A stretch of DNA of 64,000 nt. Origin: Alphaproteobacteria bacterium (GTDB lineage Bacteria; Pseudomonadota; Alphaproteobacteria; MPNO01). The position numbers were made by a program, and so were the translations under genes. Location: the NCBI GenBank assembly GCA_965231875.1, contig CBDDOM010000003.1, positions 417,899-481,898 on the forward strand, given 5' to 3'. A model generated the notes under the pieces. That model was given only the letters and a program-made list of their open reading frames with translations. It made no database searches and had not been told where the DNA came from. This document shows positions 20,106-29,848 of the stretch, in pieces (within the stretch, counting starts at the first letter, position 1; each line of letters begins with the position of its first letter).

Positions 20106-20744
20106 ATGACCGAAACCGCCGAACTGACCTCGATCGAAGCCTACGATGCCCTTCGTGAAGCCGTCGGAGAGCCGACTGCGTCGATTGCCGAGAAGGAAAT
20201 GCCGGTGCTCGACAAGCACGCGCGGCACTTCCTTTCGCTGTCGCCGATCCTGTTCATTTCTACGGTCGGCGTGGACGGTCGCGCCGATATCAGCCCGCGC
20301 GGCGACCCGGCGGGGTTCGTCAAGGTGATCGACGAGCGCACGATTCTGATCCCCGAACGCCCCGGCAACCGGCGCGTGGATACGATGTCCAACATCGTCG
20401 AGAACCCCGGGCACTCGGTCGCGCTTATTTTCCTGCTCCCCGGCGTCGAGGAAACGCTCCGCGCCTCCGGTCGGGCCCGGATCGTCGACGATCCGGCCGT
20501 GCTGCGCGACATGGCGGTCCGCGGCAAGGTTCCCCAGCTCGGGATCCTGATCGAGATCGACGAAGTATTCTTCCACTGCGCCAAGGCGCTCAAGCGCGCC
20601 CGTCTGTGGGATCCCGATACCAGGATCGAACGGAAGGAATTTCCGTCGCTCGCCCGGATCACCAAGGACCAGCGGGAATCCGGCACGCCGCTGGAGGAAA
20701 TCGAGGAAAGGATCCGGGAGAGCTACGAGACGCGGCTCTACTGA
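20106..20744 (+). CDS. Pyridoxamine 5'-phosphate oxidase-like FMN-binding protein
   Basis: DISPRGDPAGFV, PERPGNRR, ETLRASG, FFHCAKALKRARLW. Confidence 0.85.
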   Translation: MTETAELTSIEAYDALREAVGEPTASIAEKEMPVLDKHARHFLSLSPILFISTVGVDGRADISPRGDPAGFVKVIDERTILIPERPGNRRVDTMSNIVENPGHSVALIFLLPGVEETLRASGRARIVDDPAVLRDMAVRGKVPQLGILIEIDEVFFHCAKALKRARLWDPDTRIERKEFPSLARITKDQRESGTPLEEIEERIRESYETRLY

Positions 20745-20745
20745 C

Positions 20746-23079
20746 CTACCCGGACGCCGAGCGGATCGCCTTCCAAAGACGCTCCGGCGTCGCGGGCATC
20801 TCGATTTCGTCGATCCCGAGCGGGCGGAGGGCATCGCCTATCGCGCTGATCACGGCCGGCAACGCGCCCACCGTGCCGGCTTCCCCGGCACCCTTGACGC
20901 CCAGCGGATTGGCCGGTGTCGGCACCGGGTTGCTCTCGACTTCGAAGGAGCAGAAATCGTCGCCGCGCGGCATCGTGTAGTCCATCAGCGAACCCGCGAG
21001 CATCTGGCCGCTGTCCGGATCGAATACCATTTGCTCCATCAGCGCCTGCCCCGCGCCCTGCGCCACGCCCCCATGGACCTGCCCCTTCACCAGGAGGGGA
21101 TTGATCACCGTGCCGAAATCGTCGACCACGACGTAACGGAGGATTCGGGCTTCGCCGGTCTCCCTGTCGATCTCGACCTCGCAGACGTGGCACCCGTTGG
21201 GGTAGCTCGCGACCTGCGAGCGGTATGTTCCCGTCTCGATCAGGCCCGGCTCGATGTCCGCCGGGAGGCGCGCCGGCTGGAAAGCCGTCCTGGCAATGTC
21301 GCCTAAACCGACATCGCGGTCGGTTCCGGCGATGGTGAAGCGGCCGTCGCGGAATTCGATGTCGTCCGCGGCGGCTTCGAGCATGTGGGCCGCGATTTTC
21401 TTCCCCTTGTCGATCACCTTGTCGGCCGCGACAAGCAGCGCCGCGCAGCCCATCGCCGATATTCGCGAACCGCCCGCGCCGAAGCCGAAGGCCAGCCGGT
21501 CGGTGTCGCCCTGGACGAAGCGGATTTCCTCCGGTTCAAGTCCGAGCCGATCGCTCAGGAGTTGCGCGAACGCGGTCGCGTGGCCCTGGCCCTGGGTCGT
21601 CGCCCCGCACAGCACGGTCACGCCTCCCGAGGGTGCAAAGCGGATTTCCGCGAATTCGAGCCCGGGCGGCGCGGCGCGCTCGATGGCGTTGGCGACGCCC
21701 AGTCCGAGCAGCTTGCCGCTCTCTGCCGCGCCGCGCCGCCGTTGCGCGAAGTCGCCGGCCTCGGCAAGCGTCAGCGCACGGTCCATGTTTGTCTCGAAAT
21801 CGCCGGTGTCGTAGACGAAGCCGAGCGGGGTGGCGAAGGGGAGCTCCCCGCGCCCGATCATGTTCCGTCGGCGGAGTTCTATGCGGTCGACACCGAGGTC
21901 CTCCGCTGCCGCGTCGATCAGCCGTTCGATTACGAACGCGGCTTCCGGCCGGCCCGCGCCGCGATAGGGGGCGGTCGGCTGGCTGTTGCTCAGAGCGCCC
22001 CGCACTTCGACATGGGCCGCGGGCGTGCGATAGACGCCGGCGAGCGAGCCGAGATTGTTCACCGCCGGCCCGGCGCCGAGCGGCGAGAGATAGGCGCCGA
22101 GATTGACCACGGTTCGCACGCGGAGACCGACGAAGCGGTTATCCGCATCGAGCGCCAGCTCGGCGTCGGTAATGTTGTCGCGCCCGTGATAGTCGCTCAG
22201 ATGACCTTCCGAACGCTCGCTCGCCCAGCGGACCGGCCGGCTCAGCCGGCGTGCCGCCCACAGCGACAGCAGATACTCGGGGTAGACGTTGGCCTTGATG
22301 CCGAAGCTGCCGCCGACGTCGTCCACCTCGACGTGGATATCTTGTTCGTCTACCCCGAACACCCGGTCGGCGAGCACGCTACGAACGACGAAGGGGTGCT
22401 GGACCGGCGCGCGCAGAAAGAGCCGCCGGGTGCGGGGATCGTAGTCGGCGAGACAGCCACGCGGTTCCATTGCATTGGCGAGCACGCGGGACAATACGAA
22501 CCGCCGGTGGACGATGTTCCGCGCACCGGCGAATGCGGCGTCGGTCGCGGCGCGGTCGCCGATCTCGTGGACGAAGCACTCGTTGTCGGGGCAGCCGTCG
22601 AAGACGACGGGCGCGCCGTCCACCAGCAGGTCGGCCGTCCCGGTCACCGCCGGGAGCGGTTCGTAGTCGATCCCGATCCGTTCGGCCGCGTCCTTCGCCC
22701 TGTCGAGGGTCTCGGCGAGGATGAAGACGACGCCGTCGCCGACATGGCGCGCGTGTCCGTTCGCAAGCGGGAAATAGGGCGGGCTTGCCGGCGCTTCGCC
22801 GCCGCGCCGCTTCACCGGCGGTCCGATATGGGGGATCGGGCCGAGCCCGTCGGCGATGTAGTCCCGCGCGGTCAGGACGGCGGCGACGCCCGGCATGGCG
22901 GCGGCCGCGGAAACGTCGATTTCCGCGAACCGCGCATTGGCGTGCGGCGACCGCAGGACGTAGCCGTACAACGCCCCCTCGAAGCTCGACCCGGCATCGT
23001 CCGCGAACTGGCCTCGGCCGGTCAGCAGCGCCGGATCCTCAAGTCGCGGAACGGACTGCCCGACGCCGAATTCGCCCAT
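20746..23079 (-). CDS. Xanthine oxidase family molybdoenzyme large subunit (CoxL-like, not form I CODH)
   Basis: GQSVPRLED, VGGSFG, APYRGAGRPE, QGQGH, GQVHGGVAQG, GVKGAGEAG. Confidence 0.9.
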   Translation of the reverse strand: MGEFGVGQSVPRLEDPALLTGRGQFADDAGSSFEGALYGYVLRSPHANARFAEIDVSAAAAMPGVAAVLTARDYIADGLGPIPHIGPPVKRRGGEAPASPPYFPLANGHARHVGDGVVFILAETLDRAKDAAERIGIDYEPLPAVTGTADLLVDGAPVVFDGCPDNECFVHEIGDRAATDAAFAGARNIVHRRFVLSRVLANAMEPRGCLADYDPRTRRLFLRAPVQHPFVVRSVLADRVFGVDEQDIHVEVDDVGGSFGIKANVYPEYLLSLWAARRLSRPVRWASERSEGHLSDYHGRDNITDAELALDADNRFVGLRVRTVVNLGAYLSPLGAGPAVNNLGSLAGVYRTPAAHVEVRGALSNSQPTAPYRGAGRPEAAFVIERLIDAAAEDLGVDRIELRRRNMIGRGELPFATPLGFVYDTGDFETNMDRALTLAEAGDFAQRRRGAAESGKLLGLGVANAIERAAPPGLEFAEIRFAPSGGVTVLCGATTQGQGHATAFAQLLSDRLGLEPEEIRFVQGDTDRLAFGFGAGGSRISAMGCAALLVAADKVIDKGKKIAAHMLEAAADDIEFRDGRFTIAGTDRDVGLGDIARTAFQPARLPADIEPGLIETGTYRSQVASYPNGCHVCEVEIDRETGEARILRYVVVDDFGTVINPLLVKGQVHGGVAQGAGQALMEQMVFDPDSGQMLAGSLMDYTMPRGDDFCSFEVESNPVPTPANPLGVKGAGEAGTVGALPAVISAIGDALRPLGIDEIEMPATPERLWKAIRSASG

Positions 23080-23114
23080 CGAACGCTTCCGTGCTCTACC
23101 GGTTCAAGACGCGA

Positions 23115-24281
23115 TCAGCGAAGCGGCTCGAGAATGCTCGCGTAGTTGGCGACGGCGCTCCCGCCCATGTTGAAGACGCCGGCAAGTTTGGCATCCGGCA
23201 CCTGGATCGCGCCCGCGTCGCCGCGCACCTGCATCGCGGCCATCACGTGCATGGAAACGCCGGTGGCGCCGATCGGGTGACCCTTCGACTTGAGCCCGCC
23301 GGACGGGTTGATCGGAAGCCTGCCGGTCTTCTCGGTCCAGCCTTCCTCGACCGCCGTCGCGCCCTCTCCGCGCGCGGTCAGGCCGAGCGCCTCGTAGATG
23401 ATCAGCTCGGCGACGGTGAAGCAGTCGTGCACTTCCAGGAGATCGAGATCGTCCAGAGCGAGGCCGCTATCGTCGAAGGCCTGCCGCCAGACAAGTTCGG
23501 CGCCCTCGAACCTCGTCGGGTCGCGCCGGCTCATCGGCAGAAATTCGTTCACGTGCCGCGCGGCGCGGAACACGACAGCCTTGTCATGGGCCAGCGCGGT
23601 ATCGAGGTCCGTCAACACCACCGCCGCCGCACCGTCCGTAACGGGCGAGCAATCCGTCCGCTTCAACGGACCCGCGACGATGGGATTCTTGTCGGAAGGC
23701 GTGCGGCAGAACTCGAAGCCGAGATCCTTCTGGAAATGCGCGAGCGGGTTGACCGCGCCGTTGGCGTGGTTCTTGGCGGCGATCCTGGCGAGCACGTCCG
23801 TCTTGTCGCCGTATTTCTGAAAATAGCTTTCCGCGATGCGTCCGAAGATCGCCGCGAAGCTGCCGTTCTCCCCGCCTTCCTCCTTGACGTAGCTCGCCTT
23901 GACCAGCACCTCGCCGATCGCCGCTCCGGCGAGCTCGGTCATCTTCTCGACGCCGACCACCAGCACCCGGCGCGCCTTGCGGGCGTCGATGGCGTTCATA
24001 CCCTGGTGGATCGCCGCCGATCCGGTGGCGCAGGCGTTTTCTACCCGTGTCGCCGGCTTGAAGCGCAGATCGTCATGGGCCTGGAGCACCAGCGAAGAGG
24101 GAAACTCCTGACGCACGAAGCCACCGTTGCAGTGACCGATATAGATTTCGTCGATGTCGGCGGGGGCTACTCCCGCATCTTCGAGCGCGCCCACCGCGAC
24201 CTCGGCGATCAGCGACTCGATGTCCCGGTCTTCGTGCTTGCCGAACTTCGTGTGGGACCAGCCCACGATGCATGCGGTCAT
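23115..24281 (-). CDS. Thiolase family protein (SCP-x-type acetyl-CoA acetyltransferase)
   Basis: VENACATGS, DCSPVTDGAAA, EVHDCF, NPSGGLKSKGHPIGATG. Confidence 0.9.
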   Translation of the reverse strand: MTACIVGWSHTKFGKHEDRDIESLIAEVAVGALEDAGVAPADIDEIYIGHCNGGFVRQEFPSSLVLQAHDDLRFKPATRVENACATGSAAIHQGMNAIDARKARRVLVVGVEKMTELAGAAIGEVLVKASYVKEEGGENGSFAAIFGRIAESYFQKYGDKTDVLARIAAKNHANGAVNPLAHFQKDLGFEFCRTPSDKNPIVAGPLKRTDCSPVTDGAAAVVLTDLDTALAHDKAVVFRAARHVNEFLPMSRRDPTRFEGAELVWRQAFDDSGLALDDLDLLEVHDCFTVAELIIYEALGLTARGEGATAVEEGWTEKTGRLPINPSGGLKSKGHPIGATGVSMHVMAAMQVRGDAGAIQVPDAKLAGVFNMGGSAVANYASILEPLR

Positions 24282-24378
24282 GAGGAATTCCCGTGTTCGA
24301 AGGCGCCCGCCTCGCGGGCCGATTACATGCTCGCTATGATCGATTTACAGCGAGGAATAATCAAGCGGGGCGGGGTTG

Positions 24379-25488
24379 ATGACGGATCGGGCCTTTGCCG
24401 CGGTGCTGACCGGACCGCGGCAGTTCGATTACCGCGAAGTTGCGATACCGGACATCGGTCCCGATGACGGGGTCCTCCGGATGGAGGCCGCGGGGCTTTG
24501 CGGCACCGATTACGAGCAATACGACGGACGTCTCGGCGCTTCGGGACGCGGCATTTTCCCGATCGTTCCCGGGCACGAGATTTTCGGCTGGATCGACCGC
24601 GCGGGCGCCGATGCGCTCAAGCGCTGGGGCGTCAGGGAAGGCGACCGGGTAATCGTCGAGACCTCGATCGGCTGCGGCGAGTGCCGTTACTGCAAGGACA
24701 ACCGCATGGTCCTTTGCGACAATAACATGGGCTACGGGCTGCGCATGGGATTCGACGTCCCGCCGCATCTCTGGGGCGGCTATGCCTCCCATCTCTATCT
24801 CCATCCCAGAACCCGGTTGCACCGGGCGCCGGACGACATCCCGACGGACGTGTTGAGCCTGTTCAACCCGCTCTCCAACGCGGTCCGCTGGGCGGGCGAA
24901 CGGCCGCGGACCCGCGCCGGCGACACGGTGGTCATCACCGGGCCCGGCCAGCGCGGCCTGCTTTCGGTCGTGGTCGCGCGCGAAATCGGCGCCGGGCAGG
25001 TGATCGTTACCGGCACGGGCGCCGATGCGAGACGGCTGGAGCTTGCCCGCGAGCTCGGCGCCGACGTGACCGTCGATGTCGACGCCGAAGACCCGGTCGA
25101 GCGGGTGCTCGCATTGACCGGAGGCCGGGGAGCCGATGTCGTGGTCGACGTATCGGCGCACGCGACCGAGCCGCTGCTCCAGGCGGTCGATATGGTGCGC
25201 AAGGGTGGGAACGTCGTTGTCGCCGGCCTCAAGACCGACAACGCGCTTAACAACCTCTATACCGACAAGCTGATCTTTCGCGAGATCTCCCTCCTCGGCG
25301 TGCTGTCGTCCGACTGGGTCGACACGGTCAAGGCGATAGACATCCTGAAAGCGCGCTGGCGCGATCTCGCCGTTCTTTGCACGCACAGCTACCCCGTCGT
25401 CGAGGCCGAAAAAGCGGTCCGCGTGCTCGGCCGCGAAATCGAGGACGGCCCCGAGCCGGTCCATATCCACATCGACACCGTAGCTTGA
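24379..25488 (+). CDS. Zinc-dependent alcohol dehydrogenase (MDR family)
   Basis: GLCGTD, PGHE, CGECRYC...C, GPGQRG. Confidence 0.9.
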   Translation: MTDRAFAAVLTGPRQFDYREVAIPDIGPDDGVLRMEAAGLCGTDYEQYDGRLGASGRGIFPIVPGHEIFGWIDRAGADALKRWGVREGDRVIVETSIGCGECRYCKDNRMVLCDNNMGYGLRMGFDVPPHLWGGYASHLYLHPRTRLHRAPDDIPTDVLSLFNPLSNAVRWAGERPRTRAGDTVVITGPGQRGLLSVVVAREIGAGQVIVTGTGADARRLELARELGADVTVDVDAEDPVERVLALTGGRGADVVVDVSAHATEPLLQAVDMVRKGGNVVVAGLKTDNALNNLYTDKLIFREISLLGVLSSDWVDTVKAIDILKARWRDLAVLCTHSYPVVEAEKAVRVLGREIEDGPEPVHIHIDTVA

Positions 25489-25508
25489 GCCGCGGGCTCC
25501 GGTTCGTG

Positions 25509-26018
25509 CTATCGCGCGAGGGGCAGCAATTGTCCCCGGTACATCGGGCGATTCGGTGCTGCCGTCGGCGACTGCCCCGCCGGCCCGATGGCGAGGGCGG
25601 TGGCTCCGGAGATCGCACGGGCGAGTTCGACGTCGAGCGGTATCTCGATCTCGCCGGACGCCCGGACCGTGCCGAGCGAGCGCGGTGCTTCTTGGTCGGG
25701 GATCGCCCATAACTCGTAGGTCTGTCCACCCGTGCTCAACCCCCCGACCGGTCGGACCGAGAGCACGCCTTCGGTCGTATTCGCTGTGACCAGCCAGGCC
25801 GGGCCTTCATGTCCCGACCGGAGCACCGCGACGTAACCCGGGGCGCTCGGTGTGTCGAAGACGATCACGGCGAGAAAGGCGAGGGCGGCCAGGTTCGCGC
25901 CCAGCGCCCATTGCCGCCAGAAGGACAGGTTGTTCCAGAGTGCAAATCGCCGGCGGAAATCCAGGATCGGGTTTCCGCCCTCGTCGGGGTCCGAACCGGG
26001 TGGGTCAGTCCTCGACAT
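25509..26018 (-). CDS. RskA-like anti-sigma factor C-terminal domain membrane protein
   Basis: LWNNLSFWR before a TM helix; YELWAIP...PRSLG...LAI; no cognate sigma gene nearby. Confidence 0.6.
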   Translation of the reverse strand: MSRTDPPGSDPDEGGNPILDFRRRFALWNNLSFWRQWALGANLAALAFLAVIVFDTPSAPGYVAVLRSGHEGPAWLVTANTTEGVLSVRPVGGLSTGGQTYELWAIPDQEAPRSLGTVRASGEIEIPLDVELARAISGATALAIGPAGQSPTAAPNRPMYRGQLLPLAR

Positions 26019-26763
26019 AGGGAATGTCGTTCACGAATTTCACGACATCCGGAACGATCGGGTTGGATTGCTCCTCGAGCACGTGCGCGACGAGTCCCGC
26101 GGCGCGCCCGACGATCGAGCACGCGCGCATGACCTCGACCGGGAATTCGATCTCGCTCAACACCGCGCCGAGAGCGCCGGTGACGTTGAGGGTCAGATGG
26201 CGGCCCGCCGCCCTGTCGACCTCCTCGCCCAGCAGCTTGACCAGCGCGATGTAGTCGCCCTTGGCCCCGTTGGCCTCCGCGATCTGGAACAGACGGGCGG
26301 CGCGCGGGTCCTCGAACTTGTAGTAGGGGTGGCCGAAGCCGGGGATGAAGCGCCGTTGGGCCCGGAACGAGGCGACCTTGTCGGCCAGCCAGGCGCGCTT
26401 GTCGCCATCCTGCGCCATGCATTCCTGCAGGATTTGGCCGCAGCCCGCCATGGTCCCGGCGAACTTGTTCCCCACCATCAGCAGACCGGAAGCGACCGGA
26501 ACCTGCAGATCGGTCGGCACCGCGTCGTGGACCAGCCGCGAGACCAGAGCCTGAGGCGTGATGCCATGATCCATCAGGACGATCACGCAGGAATCGAAAA
26601 TCCTGCCCTGCTCCTTCGTCAGCTCGCGGCCCGTGACGATGAAGTAGAACGCCTCGGTGAAGCTCATCTCGCCGACGATCTCGGAGAGCACGTCCTTGCC
26701 GCGCATCCTGAATTGCGAGGTATCCGAGGTGGCGCTGCCGATGCGCGTGGTCGGGCTGCTCAT
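26005..26763 (-). CDS. Citryl-CoA lyase / citrate synthase-like protein
   Basis: RGKDV, LMDHG, IPGFGHP, DPRA, LNVTGALG, RAAGLVAH..EE. Confidence 0.8.
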   Translation of the reverse strand: MSSPTTRIGSATSDTSQFRMRGKDVLSEIVGEMSFTEAFYFIVTGRELTKEQGRIFDSCVIVLMDHGITPQALVSRLVHDAVPTDLQVPVASGLLMVGNKFAGTMAGCGQILQECMAQDGDKRAWLADKVASFRAQRRFIPGFGHPYYKFEDPRAARLFQIAEANGAKGDYIALVKLLGEEVDRAAGRHLTLNVTGALGAVLSEIEFPVEVMRACSIVGRAAGLVAHVLEEQSNPIVPDVVKFVNDIPYVED

Positions 26764-26935
26764 TTGAACGCTGTCTCCCTGTTGCGGTGTCGGGCGGCAA
26801 TCGTGGCACCGCAGTTGAGTGTTGTCATGTCGGCCCGGTCTTGTCCCGCCACGGGCCGGTTGATTAAATGGCCCCGCCGGCACCATCCGCGCGCAGCGCC
26901 ACACCGGCCGGCGATCAACAGGGAGGATCCCCGAT

Positions 26936-27922
26936 ATGAAGAGGATGTGGACTTCGCTGCTTGCCGGGGCGGCGCTCGCCGTTGCCACGGTCGGCGTCGT
27001 CGAGGCTGCCAGTCTCAAGCTGCTGACCAGTTGGAACAAGAACAACTGGCCGACCTACGCGGTCCTTCAGCAGTACCTGGACAACGTGACGGAGATCGGC
27101 GGCGACACCGTCAAGATCAGCATATCGGGCCCCGAGGTGGTGCCCCCCTTCGAACAGCTCCAGCCGGTTGCCTCGGGCGTGTTCGATATGCTCTTCACCC
27201 ATGGCGTCTATCACGCTGGGTCGAAGGGCATCGCGCTGGTCGTCGATACGATCGACGTGGATCCGCTCAAGCGCCGCTCGGCGGGTATCTGGGACTCCGT
27301 CGACAAGTACTACCAGAAGCACAACAACATGAAGATGGTCGCGCTGGTGGCGGCGAGCTTCTCCGGCTATCACATGTTCCTCAAGGAACCGCTCAGCCCC
27401 GAGGGCGACGTGAAGGGCCGCAAGATCCGCGGGACCCTGTCCTACCATGGCGTGATCCGCGCGCTCGGGGGCTCGCCGGTCGTGCTGCCCGGGTCGCAGA
27501 TCTATTCCGCGCTGGAAAAGGGCGTGGTCGACGGCGCCTGCTGGCCGGCGGCCGGGATGCTGTCGATGAAGCATTACGAGGTCGCCAAGTACCGCGTCCG
27601 CCCGACCTTCGGGTCCTCCAACCTGCCGGTCCTGGTCAACCTCGATTCCTGGAACAAGCTCAACGACAAGGAGAAGGGCGTTCTGCTGGCGGCCGGGCGC
27701 CGGACCGAGCTCGAGATGCCCTGGGTCGGCGACCAGATTCTCGCCGACGAAACCGGCAAGCTCGACAAGTTCGGCGTGAATACGCTCCACCTCTCGCCGG
27801 AGAAGGCCGCCCTGGTCAAGAAGGCCTGGAGCACCAGCCTCTGGAAGACCGCGCGCGATTGCTGCGGCGACGGGGCGGACGACCTCTACAAGCTCGCCAA
27901 GGCGGCGGGCATGACCGACTAG
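26936..27922 (+). CDS. TRAP transporter substrate-binding protein (DctP family)
   Basis: Signal peptide, GPEVVPPFEQ, KGRKIRG, IYSALEKGVVDG. Confidence 0.9.
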   Translation: MKRMWTSLLAGAALAVATVGVVEAASLKLLTSWNKNNWPTYAVLQQYLDNVTEIGGDTVKISISGPEVVPPFEQLQPVASGVFDMLFTHGVYHAGSKGIALVVDTIDVDPLKRRSAGIWDSVDKYYQKHNNMKMVALVAASFSGYHMFLKEPLSPEGDVKGRKIRGTLSYHGVIRALGGSPVVLPGSQIYSALEKGVVDGACWPAAGMLSMKHYEVAKYRVRPTFGSSNLPVLVNLDSWNKLNDKEKGVLLAAGRRTELEMPWVGDQILADETGKLDKFGVNTLHLSPEKAALVKKAWSTSLWKTARDCCGDGADDLYKLAKAAGMTD

Positions 27923-27972
27923 CCTCCTTCGGCTGGACGGACGAAGCATGACGGGATGCCGGGGACAGGGCG

Positions 27973-28494
27973 ATGGGTGACGTGCTGAATACCCTCGCGC
28001 GGCTGCACGACGGAGTCACGCGGGTCGGATTCCACCTCTCCAAGCTTTGCCTCGGCATCATCGTCTTTGCCTATTGCTACGAGGTCTTCGCGCGCTACTT
28101 CTTCGCCGCGCCGACCTGGTGGTCGAGCGAGGCGGTCCAGTATTCGCTTTGCATCGGTGCCTTCCTGATGATGCCCCATGTCACGAAGGAAAAGGGCCAT
28201 GTCGCGGTGACCGTCCTCCTCGACATGCTCGCCCAGGAAAAGACGCGGCTTCTGTACTGGTTCATTTATCTCGTCGGGTTCCTGGCCTGCGCCGCCGCGA
28301 CCTGGATCAGCCTGGATGAGAACATCCGCCAGATCGTGAAGGACGTGCACCTGATGAAGGTGAAGCCGATTCCCAAGATCTACATCTCGGCCTGGATCAC
28401 CTACGGCTTCGGCTCATCGGCGATCTATTTCCTGCGCATGCTCGATCCCCGGACCCTGGGCGTCGAGAAACCGGCAAGCGGAATGCACGGCTGA
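27973..28494 (+). CDS. TRAP transporter small permease (DctQ family)
   Basis: Four TM segments, EVFARY, PTWWS.E, GHVAV. Confidence 0.88.
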   Translation: MGDVLNTLARLHDGVTRVGFHLSKLCLGIIVFAYCYEVFARYFFAAPTWWSSEAVQYSLCIGAFLMMPHVTKEKGHVAVTVLLDMLAQEKTRLLYWFIYLVGFLACAAATWISLDENIRQIVKDVHLMKVKPIPKIYISAWITYGFGSSAIYFLRMLDPRTLGVEKPASGMHG

Positions 28495-28496
28495 CC

Positions 28497-29807
28497 ATGG
28501 TCTGGTGGGGCACATTGTCGGGCGGTCTCGCGGTCCTTCTGGCCGCGTTCATGACCGGCGCGCCGATTTTCATCGCGTTCCTGGTGATCAACATCGCGGG
28601 CGTGCTGGTCGTGCTCGGCCAGCCCGGCTTCGGCATGGTCGCCAACTCGATATTCGAGACGACAAACATCGCGGCGCTGTCGGCGATTCCGCTGTTCATC
28701 CTGATGGGCGAGCTGCTGTTCCGGTCCGGCTCGATCGACATCCTGTTCGATTCGGTCGACAAGCTGGTCGGCAAGGTGCGCGGGCGGCAATACGTTCTGT
28801 GCATCGTGCTGTCGACGATCTTCGGCGCGTTGTCGGGGGCGGCGATGGGTGTCGCCGCGATGATGGCGCGCACGCTTTACCCCGGCATGATCGAGCGCAA
28901 ATACGATTCGCGCCTGTCGACCGGGGCGATTCTCGCCGGTGCGAGCCTGGCGCCGATCATCCCGCCGAGCGTCCTCGTCATCATCATCGGAACGCTCGCC
29001 GACGTGTCGATCGCCGGGCTGCTCATCGCCGGCATCGTGCCCGGGCTGCTGCTGTCGGGGATGTTCATGATCTACATCTTCGCGCGGGTCCGGGCCAATC
29101 CGGAGCTCGCGCCCTACGGCGATTCCGACACCGCGCCCCAGGTTACCCCGTGGGAAATGGTGGTGGCGGTGCTCCGCGTGATGCCGTTCGCGATCATCAT
29201 CTTCTGCGTGATGGGCTTCATCCTGCTGGGCGTCGCGACTCCGTCAGAATCGGCTGCGACGGGCGTGCTGGGTGCGCTGCTGACCGCGGTCTACTACCGC
29301 AAGCTGAACTGGAAGATGGTCTCCGAATCGGTGTCCTCGGCGGCATTCATCACCAGCATGATCCTGGTGATCATGGCGAGCTCCAAGATGTTCAGCCAGC
29401 TGCTCGCCTTCACCGGCTCGACCCGGGAACTGACGACGCTGATCGTGACGCTCAATTTCGAGCCTTACGCGATGCTGTTCATCATGATGCTGATCCCGTT
29501 CATCCTCTGCATGTTCATCGACCAGATCGCGCTGATGCTGGTGGTGATTCCGATCTACCAGCCGCTCCTCGGGACTCTTGGATTCGACCCGATCTGGTTC
29601 TGGCTGATCATGCTGCTCAATGTGACCGTGGGCGGGATCACGCCGCCTTTCGGCTATACGATGTTCGCGTTCAAGGGCTCGGCGCCTCATGTTCCATTGA
29701 AAGACATCTTCAACGCGACCTGGCCGTTCGTCGGCATATTCCTGGTCGGCATGATCGTGATCGCGGCCTTTCCGCCCCTTGCAACATGGCTTCCCGGGCT
29801 GCTCTAA
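28497..29807 (+). CDS. TRAP transporter large permease (DctM family)
   Basis: AIPLFILMGELL, IIPPS, ATPSESAA, ITPPFG. Confidence 0.93.
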   Translation: MVWWGTLSGGLAVLLAAFMTGAPIFIAFLVINIAGVLVVLGQPGFGMVANSIFETTNIAALSAIPLFILMGELLFRSGSIDILFDSVDKLVGKVRGRQYVLCIVLSTIFGALSGAAMGVAAMMARTLYPGMIERKYDSRLSTGAILAGASLAPIIPPSVLVIIIGTLADVSIAGLLIAGIVPGLLLSGMFMIYIFARVRANPELAPYGDSDTAPQVTPWEMVVAVLRVMPFAIIIFCVMGFILLGVATPSESAATGVLGALLTAVYYRKLNWKMVSESVSSAAFITSMILVIMASSKMFSQLLAFTGSTRELTTLIVTLNFEPYAMLFIMMLIPFILCMFIDQIALMLVVIPIYQPLLGTLGFDPIWFWLIMLLNVTVGGITPPFGYTMFAFKGSAPHVPLKDIFNATWPFVGIFLVGMIVIAAFPPLATWLPGLL

Positions 29808-29848
29808 TCGCCGCGAGCCGACGCAACCTCCCGACCGAGGGGAAGTAG

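Noticed and set aside
18483-20834. 783-aa version of the acyl-CoA synthetase and other N-terminally extended ORF calls (5444-6100, 26005-27045, 53098-54774, 54417-55622, 58728-60599)
   Set aside because: Extensions overlap genuine neighbouring genes; starts were reset to the domain boundary or RBS
20746-23079. Aerobic CO dehydrogenase CoxL
   Set aside because: Active-site loop is PYRGAGR, not the form I AYxCSFR, and no coxMS or accessory genes are present
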